DNA of 64,000 nt from Candidatus Woesearchaeota archaeon (GTDB lineage: Archaea > Nanobdellota > Nanobdellia > Woesearchaeales > 0-14-0-80-44-23), in NCBI GenBank assembly GCA_038874135.1, contig JAVZCZ010000001.1, positions 416,001-480,000 on the forward strand, in the 5' to 3' direction. Shown one piece after another: positions 19,193-28,267 of this stretch. A program made the translations under genes and the position numbers. The notes under the pieces are model-generated. The model was given only the letters and a program-made list of their open reading frames with translations, ran no database searches and had not been told where the DNA came from. Within the stretch, counting starts at the first letter, position 1; each line of letters starts with the position of its first letter.

Positions 19193-20995
19193 TCAAGATA
19201 CTGAAGGTTGATCTGGGGGAGGTGGAGGTGGGTTAGGCGGATTGTATGGAGGACTTGGTGGCTCGGGTGTAGGATTTGGCTCGTCCTTGTTATGAACAAG
19301 TATTCCTTCAGCATAGAAGTCATTCACGCTTTCTATGCGTTTGAGATTGTAGGTTCTTATTTTTGTAGGGCTGCACTCTAATGAGATTACCCTTTTCAAA
19401 ATAATGTTTTTCCCATCAAAACTGAATGCATAATCCCCTCTTTCAAGAGGTAATACTTTGAGATTTGGCGTCTCCCCTTTTGAATTCTCAGGAGAGATTG
19501 AAGCCCAGCCCTTTAGAGTGTATATTGGATGCTCGTCAGTAAGTCTTAAAAATGAGCCGTCTTCAAAGGATACGGTGCAAAGGTGGTCCCTATATGGAGA
19601 TTCAAGCTCCAGCACCCTTGCTGGAACATGCTTTCCAGTTTTAAAATCATAGCCGAGCACCAGCTCTCCAACTCTGACATCTTCAATATTTTTTAAGCTT
19701 CCATCAGCCATTCTTATTCTAGTTCCAGCAGGAAAACAGGAGGAAGGCGTATCACCTGTTGGCTCACAATGTTCTGGGCAGTCGCATTCGGGCTCTGGCG
19801 GGTTCGTAGTTCTGGTGAGGAATACGTGCACTAAAAGGTTGAACCTCAAATTTTCAAAACCGCTTTCAGAGATGGGATGCTGATACTTTGTGTCAGTACA
19901 GGTTATATTCATTATAAAGTCTATATTGTGCCTCTCTCCATAACCGTAGGGGGAGAATGGGCAGGTTATCAGAGTGTTAGGTTCAAGCTGTGTTCCGAAA
20001 GGAATCTCAACTTGGGGCTGCTCTGGAGGGCTTGGGATGTTCTGAGGATTTTCACATTTTCCGTCAGATTTTTGCCCGCTCAAACAGTTCTGCTTAAGAT
20101 CTGGATAAGGGCATCCTGAAGCTGGCCAGATAACTCCGCATCCTGCCGGGCAGTTTATAGCTGCGCTGCACAATATTTCGGTTTTTGCATAAAGGCATGG
20201 AAGAGTGTAGGTACACTTTACATATGAATCAAATGAGTCTTGAAGATGCTTCAATGACGAATCTGCTATTTGTTTAACATATTCCTCATTTATAACATAT
20301 GCTGGACATGCACTTGTTCCAACTCCGTAATAAGTCATAAGTTTATCACAGCTATATTGCGATACGATGTTCTGCCTAGCCCATTCCTCAATCTTCCTGT
20401 AAAGGTACCAGTAGCGCAGGGGATAAGCATATGACTTGAACGCATTCTGCTCCTGAACCTCTTCTCCAGAATCAACTTCCTTAACAACTGCTGGAATTGT
20501 ACCCCTTCCCTCAGCCAAGAAGCCTTCATCTGCGCCTGCGGAACCGTCCATCTCATAAAGGTCTGTATCTGAAACGAGTATTTCAATAGATGATATGTCA
20601 CCCGCATCTTCAATCTTAAATTTTCCAAGATCCTCTCCACGTATTGAAGCAAGATACTGGTTAGTGTAGATGATTGCAAACCGGCTAAGATTACTCTTTG
20701 CTTCCCAAAGTTTAGGCGGGATTGAAGAGGAGTAGCTTATCCAGTATGAGTTCTGAGCACCTGCTCCAGAGCTTGCGCTGTCATAGGATGCACGTATAAG
20801 AGCGTCTCTGAAAGAGTGAAAGGAGTAAGTTCTCAGAATTTCAGAGTAGCTGTTCAGCTGAGATTTCTGCTCTTGAGAAGTTGTAAATTCAACTACAGCC
20901 TTCCTATTCTGAAGATATACCAGGTAGAATATCAGAATTACAAGTGCCACGAAAAAGAGCAGCATAAATGTTGATGCGCGCCTATTGAACTTCAT
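19193..20995 (-). CDS. Prepilin-like Cys-rich protein with C-terminal Hint (intein-like) domain and Pro-rich tail
   Basis: Likely start MKFNRRA|STF at 20995 after SD GAGGTGA (ORF track starts at 21016). Contains CFPAGT...TDEHP...YNL...GILVHN. Confidence 0.85.
   Translation of the reverse strand: MKFNRRASTFMLLFFVALVILIFYLVYLQNRKAVVEFTTSQEQKSQLNSYSEILRTYSFHSFRDALIRASYDSASSGAGAQNSYWISYSSSIPPKLWEAKSNLSRFAIIYTNQYLASIRGEDLGKFKIEDAGDISSIEILVSDTDLYEMDGSAGADEGFLAEGRGTIPAVVKEVDSGEEVQEQNAFKSYAYPLRYWYLYRKIEEWARQNIVSQYSCDKLMTYYGVGTSACPAYVINEEYVKQIADSSLKHLQDSFDSYVKCTYTLPCLYAKTEILCSAAINCPAGCGVIWPASGCPYPDLKQNCLSGQKSDGKCENPQNIPSPPEQPQVEIPFGTQLEPNTLITCPFSPYGYGERHNIDFIMNITCTDTKYQHPISESGFENLRFNLLVHVFLTRTTNPPEPECDCPEHCEPTGDTPSSCFPAGTRIRMADGSLKNIEDVRVGELVLGYDFKTGKHVPARVLELESPYRDHLCTVSFEDGSFLRLTDEHPIYTLKGWASISPENSKGETPNLKVLPLERGDYAFSFDGKNIILKRVISLECSPTKIRTYNLKRIESVNDFYAEGILVHNKDEPNPTPEPPSPPYNPPNPPPPPPDQPSVS
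19289..19738 (-). other. Hint domain (150 aa), no homing endonuclease
   Basis: Block A CFPAGTRIRMADGS, block B LRLTDEHPIY, block F/G TYNL..FYAEGILVHN; the +1 residue is Lys. Confidence 0.88.
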
Positions 20996-21005
20996 AAAAA
21001 TCACC

Positions 21006-21524
21006 TCAGCCTGCAATCACAAGCAGTGCACCCCTCTCGTAGCTTCCCGAAGAGCAGGGTCTTGGAAATCTGAAATCATAGGATACATATTCAGTGAATT
21101 CTGGAGTACCAGATTCGGAGATTAAAGAGGAGGTGAGAAAAAGCGGTTTAGAGCCCTGGCTGTCTGATTTTAGGATTAGAGCCCAAGCATTTTTCCCGTA
21201 TGTGGAGTCAAGCATTGCTCGTAAAGATTGAATTATGTTTATCTGTCCATTCCCGTAGTTTGCAGTTTCCACTCCGTAACAGGAATAAACACCCAAAAGT
21301 TCTTCTATTGGGATTCCCAAAGAGTTTCCTGCTGCATCCTTGGCGGTTATGTATGGAAATGAAAATCCTGTGGAGGCAACTCCTGATACGCGCATATCTC
21401 TAAGTATTGCTTCTGCCCTGTTAAGAACAGATGCAGAGGTCTGCATCCTCACAAAGATTGCAATCAGAACTATTGTTGCCACAAGAACTATTATGCCTAC
21501 GAACTCTGAGGACTGCGCCCGCAT
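21006..21524 (-). CDS. Class III signal peptide (prepilin-like) protein
   Basis: MRA|QSSEF followed by a hydrophobic helix. Confidence 0.75.
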   Translation of the reverse strand: MRAQSSEFVGIIVLVATIVLIAIFVRMQTSASVLNRAEAILRDMRVSGVASTGFSFPYITAKDAAGNSLGIPIEELLGVYSCYGVETANYGNGQINIIQSLRAMLDSTYGKNAWALILKSDSQGSKPLFLTSSLISESGTPEFTEYVSYDFRFPRPCSSGSYERGALLVIAG

Positions 21525-21573
21525 ATCAACCCCTTTTTTGTGAATTAAATTCTCTTTCGCATATTTAAAGTTT

Positions 21574-22308
21574 TCAGTATTTTACTCTTACTGAATTTGA
21601 ACTTTCATTATAAGAGATTAGCACAAGAGATTTTCCTTTGGGAATTGTGAAGTTTCCAACACTGCATTCAAACCTAGGAAAGAAAAGGTATTCCCCAACA
21701 TAGAAAGTGTTTGTAAAGTTATCATACCTTATGTTATAGTCTGAAATAAGAATGTGCTGCATCCCCTCATGGCTCCTGCAAGCCTGTTTTATCTTGCCAT
21801 AAAATGAGGGGATGCTGCCGATGTAAGCGGTAATGGATGCAAATCCGGGATTTATAGTTGGCACCTCCGAAGGGTATCTTATAGCGATAGGAAGTGCTAT
21901 TGTTAAAGTATCCTCTGCAAACTGCGGCTCATTCAAAAGGCCTATGCGCCACTCCTTCCCCGTAAGACTATCTACAACTCTGAATGTGTAGAGAAAGTCA
22001 TACTGCTCTACGCAGGATATGTCCTCGTTACCCCTGTTGTAGTAGTCCAGCTTTTGCTGGTATAATACCGCCTGAGACGCAGTGGTCCAGCTTCCCTCTT
22101 TCTCCTTATATGCGAAACAATCGCTGGCAATCATCGCCTTGAGAAATGAGGTTGCAAGAGCATAATATTCAGATGTAAACTTGGCTTTCTGAGAAGAGGT
22201 TCTACTTCCTAGCAAGGTCATTATTACAAACATTAAAAAAATAACCGTGAATATGGCGAATATTGACTTTATCGTAAGATCCTCAGAGCCCTTTTGTGAA
22301 ATCCTCAT
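21574..22308 (-). CDS. Class III signal peptide (prepilin-like) protein
   Basis: SQKG|SEDLT followed by a hydrophobic helix; SDCFAY motif. Confidence 0.72.
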   Translation of the reverse strand: MRISQKGSEDLTIKSIFAIFTVIFLMFVIMTLLGSRTSSQKAKFTSEYYALATSFLKAMIASDCFAYKEKEGSWTTASQAVLYQQKLDYYNRGNEDISCVEQYDFLYTFRVVDSLTGKEWRIGLLNEPQFAEDTLTIALPIAIRYPSEVPTINPGFASITAYIGSIPSFYGKIKQACRSHEGMQHILISDYNIRYDNFTNTFYVGEYLFFPRFECSVGNFTIPKGKSLVLISYNESSNSVRVKY

Positions 22309-23087
22309 CTTTCACCATTCACCTTCGCTCTTATTATCAAAAAAGCCAACACTAAAATTATACAAATTGCTACTAACGCAGCAATGAGCAGCTTGGAAGA
22401 GTTATCCTCTCTTTTCTGAATAGTTTTAATACAATCGGGATCTTTGTTTGGAGCGCAGTCAGGATCACAGATGCCGTCCTTAACCATATCGCAATAGCCG
22501 TCCCTGCTTCCAGATTTGCAGTCCTGCGGACAGCTAAGATATGTTTCAGTAGGATCGCAGACTGAGTTACCACAGCCTGAAGGGGATATGTTGATAGGGT
22601 TGGTTTCAGTTGGAGTGCTTGTGCTGCAATCTGCTGGACAGCTTATTTCACTTTCATATTTCTCACAAATGCCGTTTACTCGGCAAAAATTAGAAGTTTT
22701 AAAAGAAAAAATTTCTACACCTGATTTAAAGATTTTTATAGTGTCCGCATTGGCAAAAAAAGGAACTTTTAGTTCAATCAGAGTATTATTTGAGCTGATA
22801 GATACTGGCGGATCACTCATTATATTAAAACTAACAAAAAAGGGAAGTGAATATAACTCTTTATCTTCAGAATACACTTTTAGGTAATATTTTGTAGGAG
22901 AGTCTGTTGGAATCGTTTTATACCCTTCAAGCACTTTAGCATATGTTAAGTTTATTTCTCCAGTATTCCAGAATAAAATCTGCATGTCGTAGATTTTTTC
23001 ATATGCCAGAGTCATATCTATTGAAATAAGTAGAAATAACAAAACTGTTGCACTTATTATGAGATTTTTCATTTTCATCAGCCACAA
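22305..23087 (-). CDS. Secreted Cys-rich protein with C-terminal TM anchor
   Basis: Sec-type signal; C..NG.C...E....CP.DC twice and DGICDPDC motif; C-terminal hydrophobic helix. Confidence 0.78.
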   Translation of the reverse strand: MWLMKMKNLIISATVLLFLLISIDMTLAYEKIYDMQILFWNTGEINLTYAKVLEGYKTIPTDSPTKYYLKVYSEDKELYSLPFFVSFNIMSDPPVSISSNNTLIELKVPFFANADTIKIFKSGVEIFSFKTSNFCRVNGICEKYESEISCPADCSTSTPTETNPINISPSGCGNSVCDPTETYLSCPQDCKSGSRDGYCDMVKDGICDPDCAPNKDPDCIKTIQKREDNSSKLLIAALVAICIILVLAFLIIRAKVNGER

Positions 23088-25129
23088 TATTGTTGTATTA
23101 TTCTACTTCTTAAATAAGTATAGCTTGTGGAAGTGAATGCATATCCTTCGCTGCATCCATAACGGCATGCATCCATAGAGCACATTATGCTATCCTTTTC
23201 TGGAACATTTGGACAGCAATAAAGCTCCTCTCCTTCTGGGACATAACAATTATCGTAGCAGTCCCTTCCGCCAACAGTATACCAACCGCTAGGGCAAGAA
23301 CTGCACCTGCCTCCTCCATAACCTTCATCACAAAGTCCAAAGGTGTGTCCCATTTCGTGAGTGCACACATTAGTAATGCGAGTACCTGAAGATACGAGTG
23401 CAGGGTAGTTTAGGTAGGTATATCCGCCAATACAACTTTCTCCTTCATTATACACGCAGTCCCCTGCAACTACACCTATGATTCTATCATACTTTCCCGC
23501 GTACCCCCAGGAAGTTGCACATTGTTGTATTATGTTTAGCGCATTACCATTTCTTCTGTCAGTTTCCGATACTGGACAAATTTTAGTATCTTCAAATAAG
23601 TAGCACACTCTATCTGGACATTCCTTGAATGGACTTAGCGAAACCCAAGCGTCTCTCGCTGCCTTGGCAACATTTCCAAAGTTGCTTATAGGATCTATTT
23701 TTATAAATAACATAGTAAACGAGCAGCTGTTTTTGCATGTATTTCCATCCCAGCTTTTTCCATTTGGACAGCAAGCCTTGTCATTACTATTCTTAGGATT
23801 TGACATGCATTTCAAGCCAGAGTTGCACTCTGCATCGCACTCACACCTTTGCCCTTCTGCTTTTCCTCCTGGTGTGATGCAGTATAAGCCGTTCTGCTTT
23901 TGGCACTTTTTTGTTCCGGAGGGACAGCATCCGCTGCTTTCTGCTCCTACACAGTTTGGACAGCATTCAGCAGTGCACTTGCAGTCATTAGGAGAGTTTT
24001 GGCAGTTTTCGCTGAATGGCTCACTAGTGTTGCAGATGCCATCATTTTTGTAGTTTGTGCACGCCCCGTTTTTGTAGTAGCTGTCTGGGGGGCAGCATCT
24101 AAATGTGCCAAATCTTGTATCGCAGATTAGTTTTTCTCTATCTTGTGAGCATTGGCAGTCCTGAGTGCACTGCTGCCCCTTTGCTGATAGCTTCGTCTTT
24201 TCAATGCAGCCTCTTTCATCTAGGAAGTTTTGAATTGCTGGGCAGTCCGCCTTGCAGATCTGTGAATCTGAGCATTTGCAGTCCTGAAAGAGGGGGTAGT
24301 CTAAGCAGCTTTCTCCCCTGTTTGGCTCGCAAATGCCATTCCCCTTGTGAGGGCAGTCTGCATCATACTGGGTGCAGTCTGGATCGCAAACTCCATTGGT
24401 GCCGAGGCAGTCTGGATCACAGATGCCATCCTTAATATTGTTAGTTGCTGGGTCACAGATTCCGTCATTTTCATAGTCTACGCAGTCAATATCATAAACG
24501 CCCTTGTCAAAGTTTGTATAGCATGCTGGAATGCAGATCTTGTCTGCATCTGCAGGGTCTATTCTACCATTCTTGTTGGTGTCCAAGCAGTAGGGGTTGC
24601 ATACTGATTTTTCCATTGGACTCTTGCAAGCTGGATCGCAGATTCCGAGGGCAATACAGGCAGCATCGCACTTGTCATCTTCAAGGTTGCACTCCTCAGC
24701 TGCATTCGCCCTCGTTATTATGATGTAGTTATCTTTTTTGTAGATGTGTATGATTCCTGAGTTTTCAATATTTGATGGTATTACTACTGAGTTTCCTGGA
24801 AAGAAGTATGTTGTGCTAGTGAGGTTGTTGATTGCAAAATGAGCCAGAATCCTGTTCTGGCTAATGTTTATGGTATAGATTAGTGGGTCTTTGAGCGTTA
24901 TTACGTATTCAACATTTGCGGGAGTGGATGCTGCTTTTTCTATTGCACTCTTTAAATCCTCAACTACTGAGATTGTGTAATCAATCTCAACCTGCTTCGC
25001 CTGTTGGAGAGCCAGGTTTCTTAGGACGCCTACTATTGCAAGAGAGATGAATATCATTCCTATTATAAGGATTGAATTTGTTAAAGTGGCGCCTCTTCTT
25101 CTGGTCCGGTTATTCAAAAATATTTTCAC
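23078..25129 (-). CDS. Prepilin-like Cys-rich protein with C-terminal zinc metalloprotease (metzincin-like)
   Basis: RRRG|ATLT signal; DGICDP repeats; DTNKNGRID loop; HEMGHTFGLCDE and SIMC Met-turn. Confidence 0.82.
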   Translation of the reverse strand: MKIFLNNRTRRRGATLTNSILIIGMIFISLAIVGVLRNLALQQAKQVEIDYTISVVEDLKSAIEKAASTPANVEYVITLKDPLIYTINISQNRILAHFAINNLTSTTYFFPGNSVVIPSNIENSGIIHIYKKDNYIIITRANAAEECNLEDDKCDAACIALGICDPACKSPMEKSVCNPYCLDTNKNGRIDPADADKICIPACYTNFDKGVYDIDCVDYENDGICDPATNNIKDGICDPDCLGTNGVCDPDCTQYDADCPHKGNGICEPNRGESCLDYPLFQDCKCSDSQICKADCPAIQNFLDERGCIEKTKLSAKGQQCTQDCQCSQDREKLICDTRFGTFRCCPPDSYYKNGACTNYKNDGICNTSEPFSENCQNSPNDCKCTAECCPNCVGAESSGCCPSGTKKCQKQNGLYCITPGGKAEGQRCECDAECNSGLKCMSNPKNSNDKACCPNGKSWDGNTCKNSCSFTMLFIKIDPISNFGNVAKAARDAWVSLSPFKECPDRVCYLFEDTKICPVSETDRRNGNALNIIQQCATSWGYAGKYDRIIGVVAGDCVYNEGESCIGGYTYLNYPALVSSGTRITNVCTHEMGHTFGLCDEGYGGGRCSSCPSGWYTVGGRDCYDNCYVPEGEELYCCPNVPEKDSIMCSMDACRYGCSEGYAFTSTSYTYLRSRIIQQYCG

Positions 25130-25211
25130 CTCTTTTTAAATCCCGTATTTAGAAAAAGATATTTATAAATCCTTCTTTATTGTAAGATTAAATGGAATGA
25201 AAAATAAGAAA

Positions 25212-25745
25212 TTATCTCTCTGTAAATCCAAACCTTACCTTCCAGTTCATCTGGCTTTCAGTGTCTAATCCGCACCCGTCATCTAAGCCCCTAGCAGCCA
25301 ATTGGTCATATGTTGCTAGGTTGTTGTTGTCTGGATCTAAGAGTGTGTTCTTACAGGTTTCTCCAGTATATTTTCCGTTCTGACATTTATCCACTAACAC
25401 GAAGCAAGGCACCTTGTCCTCACAGAACTGCCACTTTCCATAAGTCACTTTATCCTTCAAATTTTGATTGCCGTTCCAATCAACCTGTATTGTTCTCTTG
25501 CAGAACTCAATTAGTGTGTTGTCATCATTTATTGCTTCGCATAACCCTTGACAGGTCTGTATTGCCTTATCAATTGTCGCCTTTGTAAAGTACTCTGTTG
25601 AAGCACCTTCCATCTTACCAGAGCTCTTCTCAGTAAACTTGAAGAATAGGCTAAGCACGACTAGCGAAATTATGAGTAGTACGAAAAGCCCGAATATCAT
25701 TTGAAGCTCCTTTTCTCCCTTTCTTGAAAAGAACACTTGTATCAC
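25212..25745 (-). CDS. Class III signal peptide (prepilin-like) protein
   Basis: SRKG|EKELQ followed by a hydrophobic helix; Cys-rich body; SD GAGGTGA. Confidence 0.75.
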   Translation of the reverse strand: MIQVFFSRKGEKELQMIFGLFVLLIISLVVLSLFFKFTEKSSGKMEGASTEYFTKATIDKAIQTCQGLCEAINDDNTLIEFCKRTIQVDWNGNQNLKDKVTYGKWQFCEDKVPCFVLVDKCQNGKYTGETCKNTLLDPDNNNLATYDQLAARGLDDGCGLDTESQMNWKVRFGFTER

Positions 25746-25804
25746 CTCTGAATTAAGAAAAATTGGGTAATTTCAATATATAAAACTTTCTGTAATTTCA
25801 ATTT

Positions 25805-27022
25805 TTATTCCTCATATCTCAAGGCTTCTGCCGGCTGCAGTTTAGCTGCCTGTCTTGCGGGAAGGAAGCCTGCAAATGCACCTATTGCGAATGAGAATAT
25901 TAGCAGCATCACCAAAAGTGGTGGGTTTATTGATATTTTCAGGATTGACACTTTAAATATGTCCGTTGCTACAAAACCTATTGTATAAGATGCTGCTGTC
26001 CCGAGCACAACTCCAATTATTCCGCCTACGAGCCCTAAAAGGCCTGCTTCTAGAATGAAAATCGCCATTATTTCTGACTCCTTAGCGCCTATTGCTTTCA
26101 TGACGCCTATGTCGCGAGTTCTTTCAAGTACCGAAGTGTACATTGTGTTTGTGATTCCTACTGCGCCTACCAGGAGTGATATCGCCGCTATTCCTACCAG
26201 GAGTGCCTGAACTATTTTTAGAATGTCTAAGAAGGAGTTTATGATGTTTCTTGTGCTCTGCACGCTGAATGACTCCTCTCCTTTTTTCTCATTTCTTTCC
26301 CTGCGAAGAGTGTCTTTCAAGCGCTCTTCAACTGAGTTTATATCAGAGTTGCTTTTCACTATTACACTTATTGAAGAGAGCTCATCTTCTTTGTTATCTA
26401 ATGCTCTAGCAACATCTAAGGGCATCCTCACCACATAGTCAAAAATTCCGGAGCCTGCTGTTTTCTGTATGCCTATCACCTCAAATGGGATGTTGTCAAT
26501 TGTAACTATGTCACCAACTCGCACCTTCTTAGAAAAAGCCTTCTCAGCTATTCCGCTTCCTATTATGATTTTATATTTGTCTCCTGGCTTGAAGTCTCGC
26601 CCTTTTTCTATTTCATAAAGACCGCTCTGCTCAGCATATCTAATTGTCTTCTCATCAGTGGATATGCCTCTAACATAGGCTTGTATTGATTCCTTTCCGA
26701 AGCTTATTTGCTTGCTGGTTATGTAAACTCCTATTGCATATTCTACGCCTTGAACGCTCATTGCTCTTTCAAGGTCCTTGTCAGTGAGCTTTACTGTTGT
26801 TCTAAGCATTGATATTCCAGCAGCTCCTGCTGGGCTTATTGTTAACCTGTTTGAGCCGAGCTTTGAGAATTGTGCATTAACCGCGTTTGTTAGCCCCTGT
26901 CCTAGCGATATCAGAGTAACAACTGCGCTTATGCCTATGAATATTCCTATTATTGTAAGGAAGCTTCTAATCTTCCTTTTGCTTATGTAATTCAAAACTA
27001 TTCTGAAAAGTTCGCTTAGCAT
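25805..27022 (-). CDS. MacB/FtsX-type ABC transporter permease
   Basis: RSFLTIIGIFIG, GITNTMYTSVLERTRDIGVMKAIGA, PARQAAKL motifs. Confidence 0.93.
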   Translation of the reverse strand: MLSELFRIVLNYISKRKIRSFLTIIGIFIGISAVVTLISLGQGLTNAVNAQFSKLGSNRLTISPAGAAGISMLRTTVKLTDKDLERAMSVQGVEYAIGVYITSKQISFGKESIQAYVRGISTDEKTIRYAEQSGLYEIEKGRDFKPGDKYKIIIGSGIAEKAFSKKVRVGDIVTIDNIPFEVIGIQKTAGSGIFDYVVRMPLDVARALDNKEDELSSISVIVKSNSDINSVEERLKDTLRRERNEKKGEESFSVQSTRNIINSFLDILKIVQALLVGIAAISLLVGAVGITNTMYTSVLERTRDIGVMKAIGAKESEIMAIFILEAGLLGLVGGIIGVVLGTAASYTIGFVATDIFKVSILKISINPPLLVMLLIFSFAIGAFAGFLPARQAAKLQPAEALRYEE

Positions 27023-27024
27023 TT

Positions 27025-28245
27025 TCAGAGCCTTTGCCTTATGCTTTCTACAACCTTCATCTTGGAAGCATGCCTTGCCGGTAGGAATCCTGAGAGCATT
27101 CCGAAAGCCATTGAAAATAGGAGAGCGCCTATTATAAGAATTGGAGAAAAGTATGCCTTGAGCAGGTTAGTTTTCAGTGCAATAAGCGCAAGCTGCTCTA
27201 TTGCCTTACTTAGAAGAAAGCCGAAGAATACCCCTATTGCTCCTCCTATAAGACCAATGAGACCCGCTTCTATTAGGAATAGGAGTAGGATGTCTGAATT
27301 TTTTGCCCCAACGGCTTTCATTATTCCTATATCCCGCGTCCTTTCTAGGACTGAAGTGTACATCGTATTCATTATGCCAACTCCGCCTACAATTATTGAA
27401 ATTGCAGCTATTCCGAGCACAACTATCTGTACTGCACTTAGAATTGAGTTAAAGCTCTCTAATATTTGCTGAGGGGTCTGCACTGAAAAATCCTCTTTTC
27501 CCTCTTTCAGGTTTCTGCTTTTGCGAAGGTTCTTCTTTATTGCTTCTGCAGTCCTGTTAACTTCAGCTTCTGAAACTGATTCCACTATTATCATATCATA
27601 CTGATCTTTTCTTCCAAATATCTCCTCAGCGTCTGCTAAAGGTATTGCTATGCTGGTATCATCTGATGGGTTGCCCACTGGCTCCATTATTCCAACAACT
27701 TCAAATTTTTTTCCTCTAATGAGCAGCGAGTCACCAACCTTAACTGGCTTGTGAAAAAAATCGTCAGGAGTTGCTAGCATACTTCCGCACATTGCCTTTC
27801 CCCGCTCTCCAGCTTCAACATACCTGCCCTGACTTATCTTTATATTCTGCATATTTTTAAAAAAGTTCAGGTTCTCAGAATCTGAAGGTATTCCGTTTAC
27901 AATAGTGTACTTTGTTTCTCCGCTATGTTTAACCTCTACTGTTGAATAGATTATGCCTGCAGCTTTGGTAACTCCGGCTGTTGTCTTTATTATTTCAAGT
28001 TCGTCTTTTGTAAAGTAAGACTTGCTGGCTAAAGAATTAAATATTTCAGAACCGGGAACTATTATGAGCTTATTCTTTCCGAGGGCATCAAATTGGGCAA
28101 CTATGGCACTCCTTACACCCTGACTTATTGAAATTAGAGAAACGATTGTGGAGATGCCTATAATTATGCCGAGTATTGTAAGCCAGGACCTCATTCGTCT
28201 CCGCCGAATCCCTTTTACGGCGAAGGCGAAGTATTCCCTTATCAC
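27025..28245 (-). CDS. MacB/FtsX-type ABC transporter permease (paralog)
   Basis: RSWLTILGIIIG and GIMNTMYTSVLERTRDIGIMKAVGA motifs. Confidence 0.93.
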   Translation of the reverse strand: MIREYFAFAVKGIRRRRMRSWLTILGIIIGISTIVSLISISQGVRSAIVAQFDALGKNKLIIVPGSEIFNSLASKSYFTKDELEIIKTTAGVTKAAGIIYSTVEVKHSGETKYTIVNGIPSDSENLNFFKNMQNIKISQGRYVEAGERGKAMCGSMLATPDDFFHKPVKVGDSLLIRGKKFEVVGIMEPVGNPSDDTSIAIPLADAEEIFGRKDQYDMIIVESVSEAEVNRTAEAIKKNLRKSRNLKEGKEDFSVQTPQQILESFNSILSAVQIVVLGIAAISIIVGGVGIMNTMYTSVLERTRDIGIMKAVGAKNSDILLLFLIEAGLIGLIGGAIGVFFGFLLSKAIEQLALIALKTNLLKAYFSPILIIGALLFSMAFGMLSGFLPARHASKMKVVESIRQRL

Positions 28246-28267
28246 AAAACATCACTTCCCAATTTGC

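Noticed and set aside
19196-19288. GGA/GGT-rich low-complexity tract as a DNA repeat element
   Set aside because: It is explained by the poly-proline codons of the protein tail.
19289-19738. Classical mobile intein
   Set aside because: The +1 residue is Lys, there is no homing endonuclease, and the host is an extracellular protein; treated as a Hint/BIL-type domain instead.
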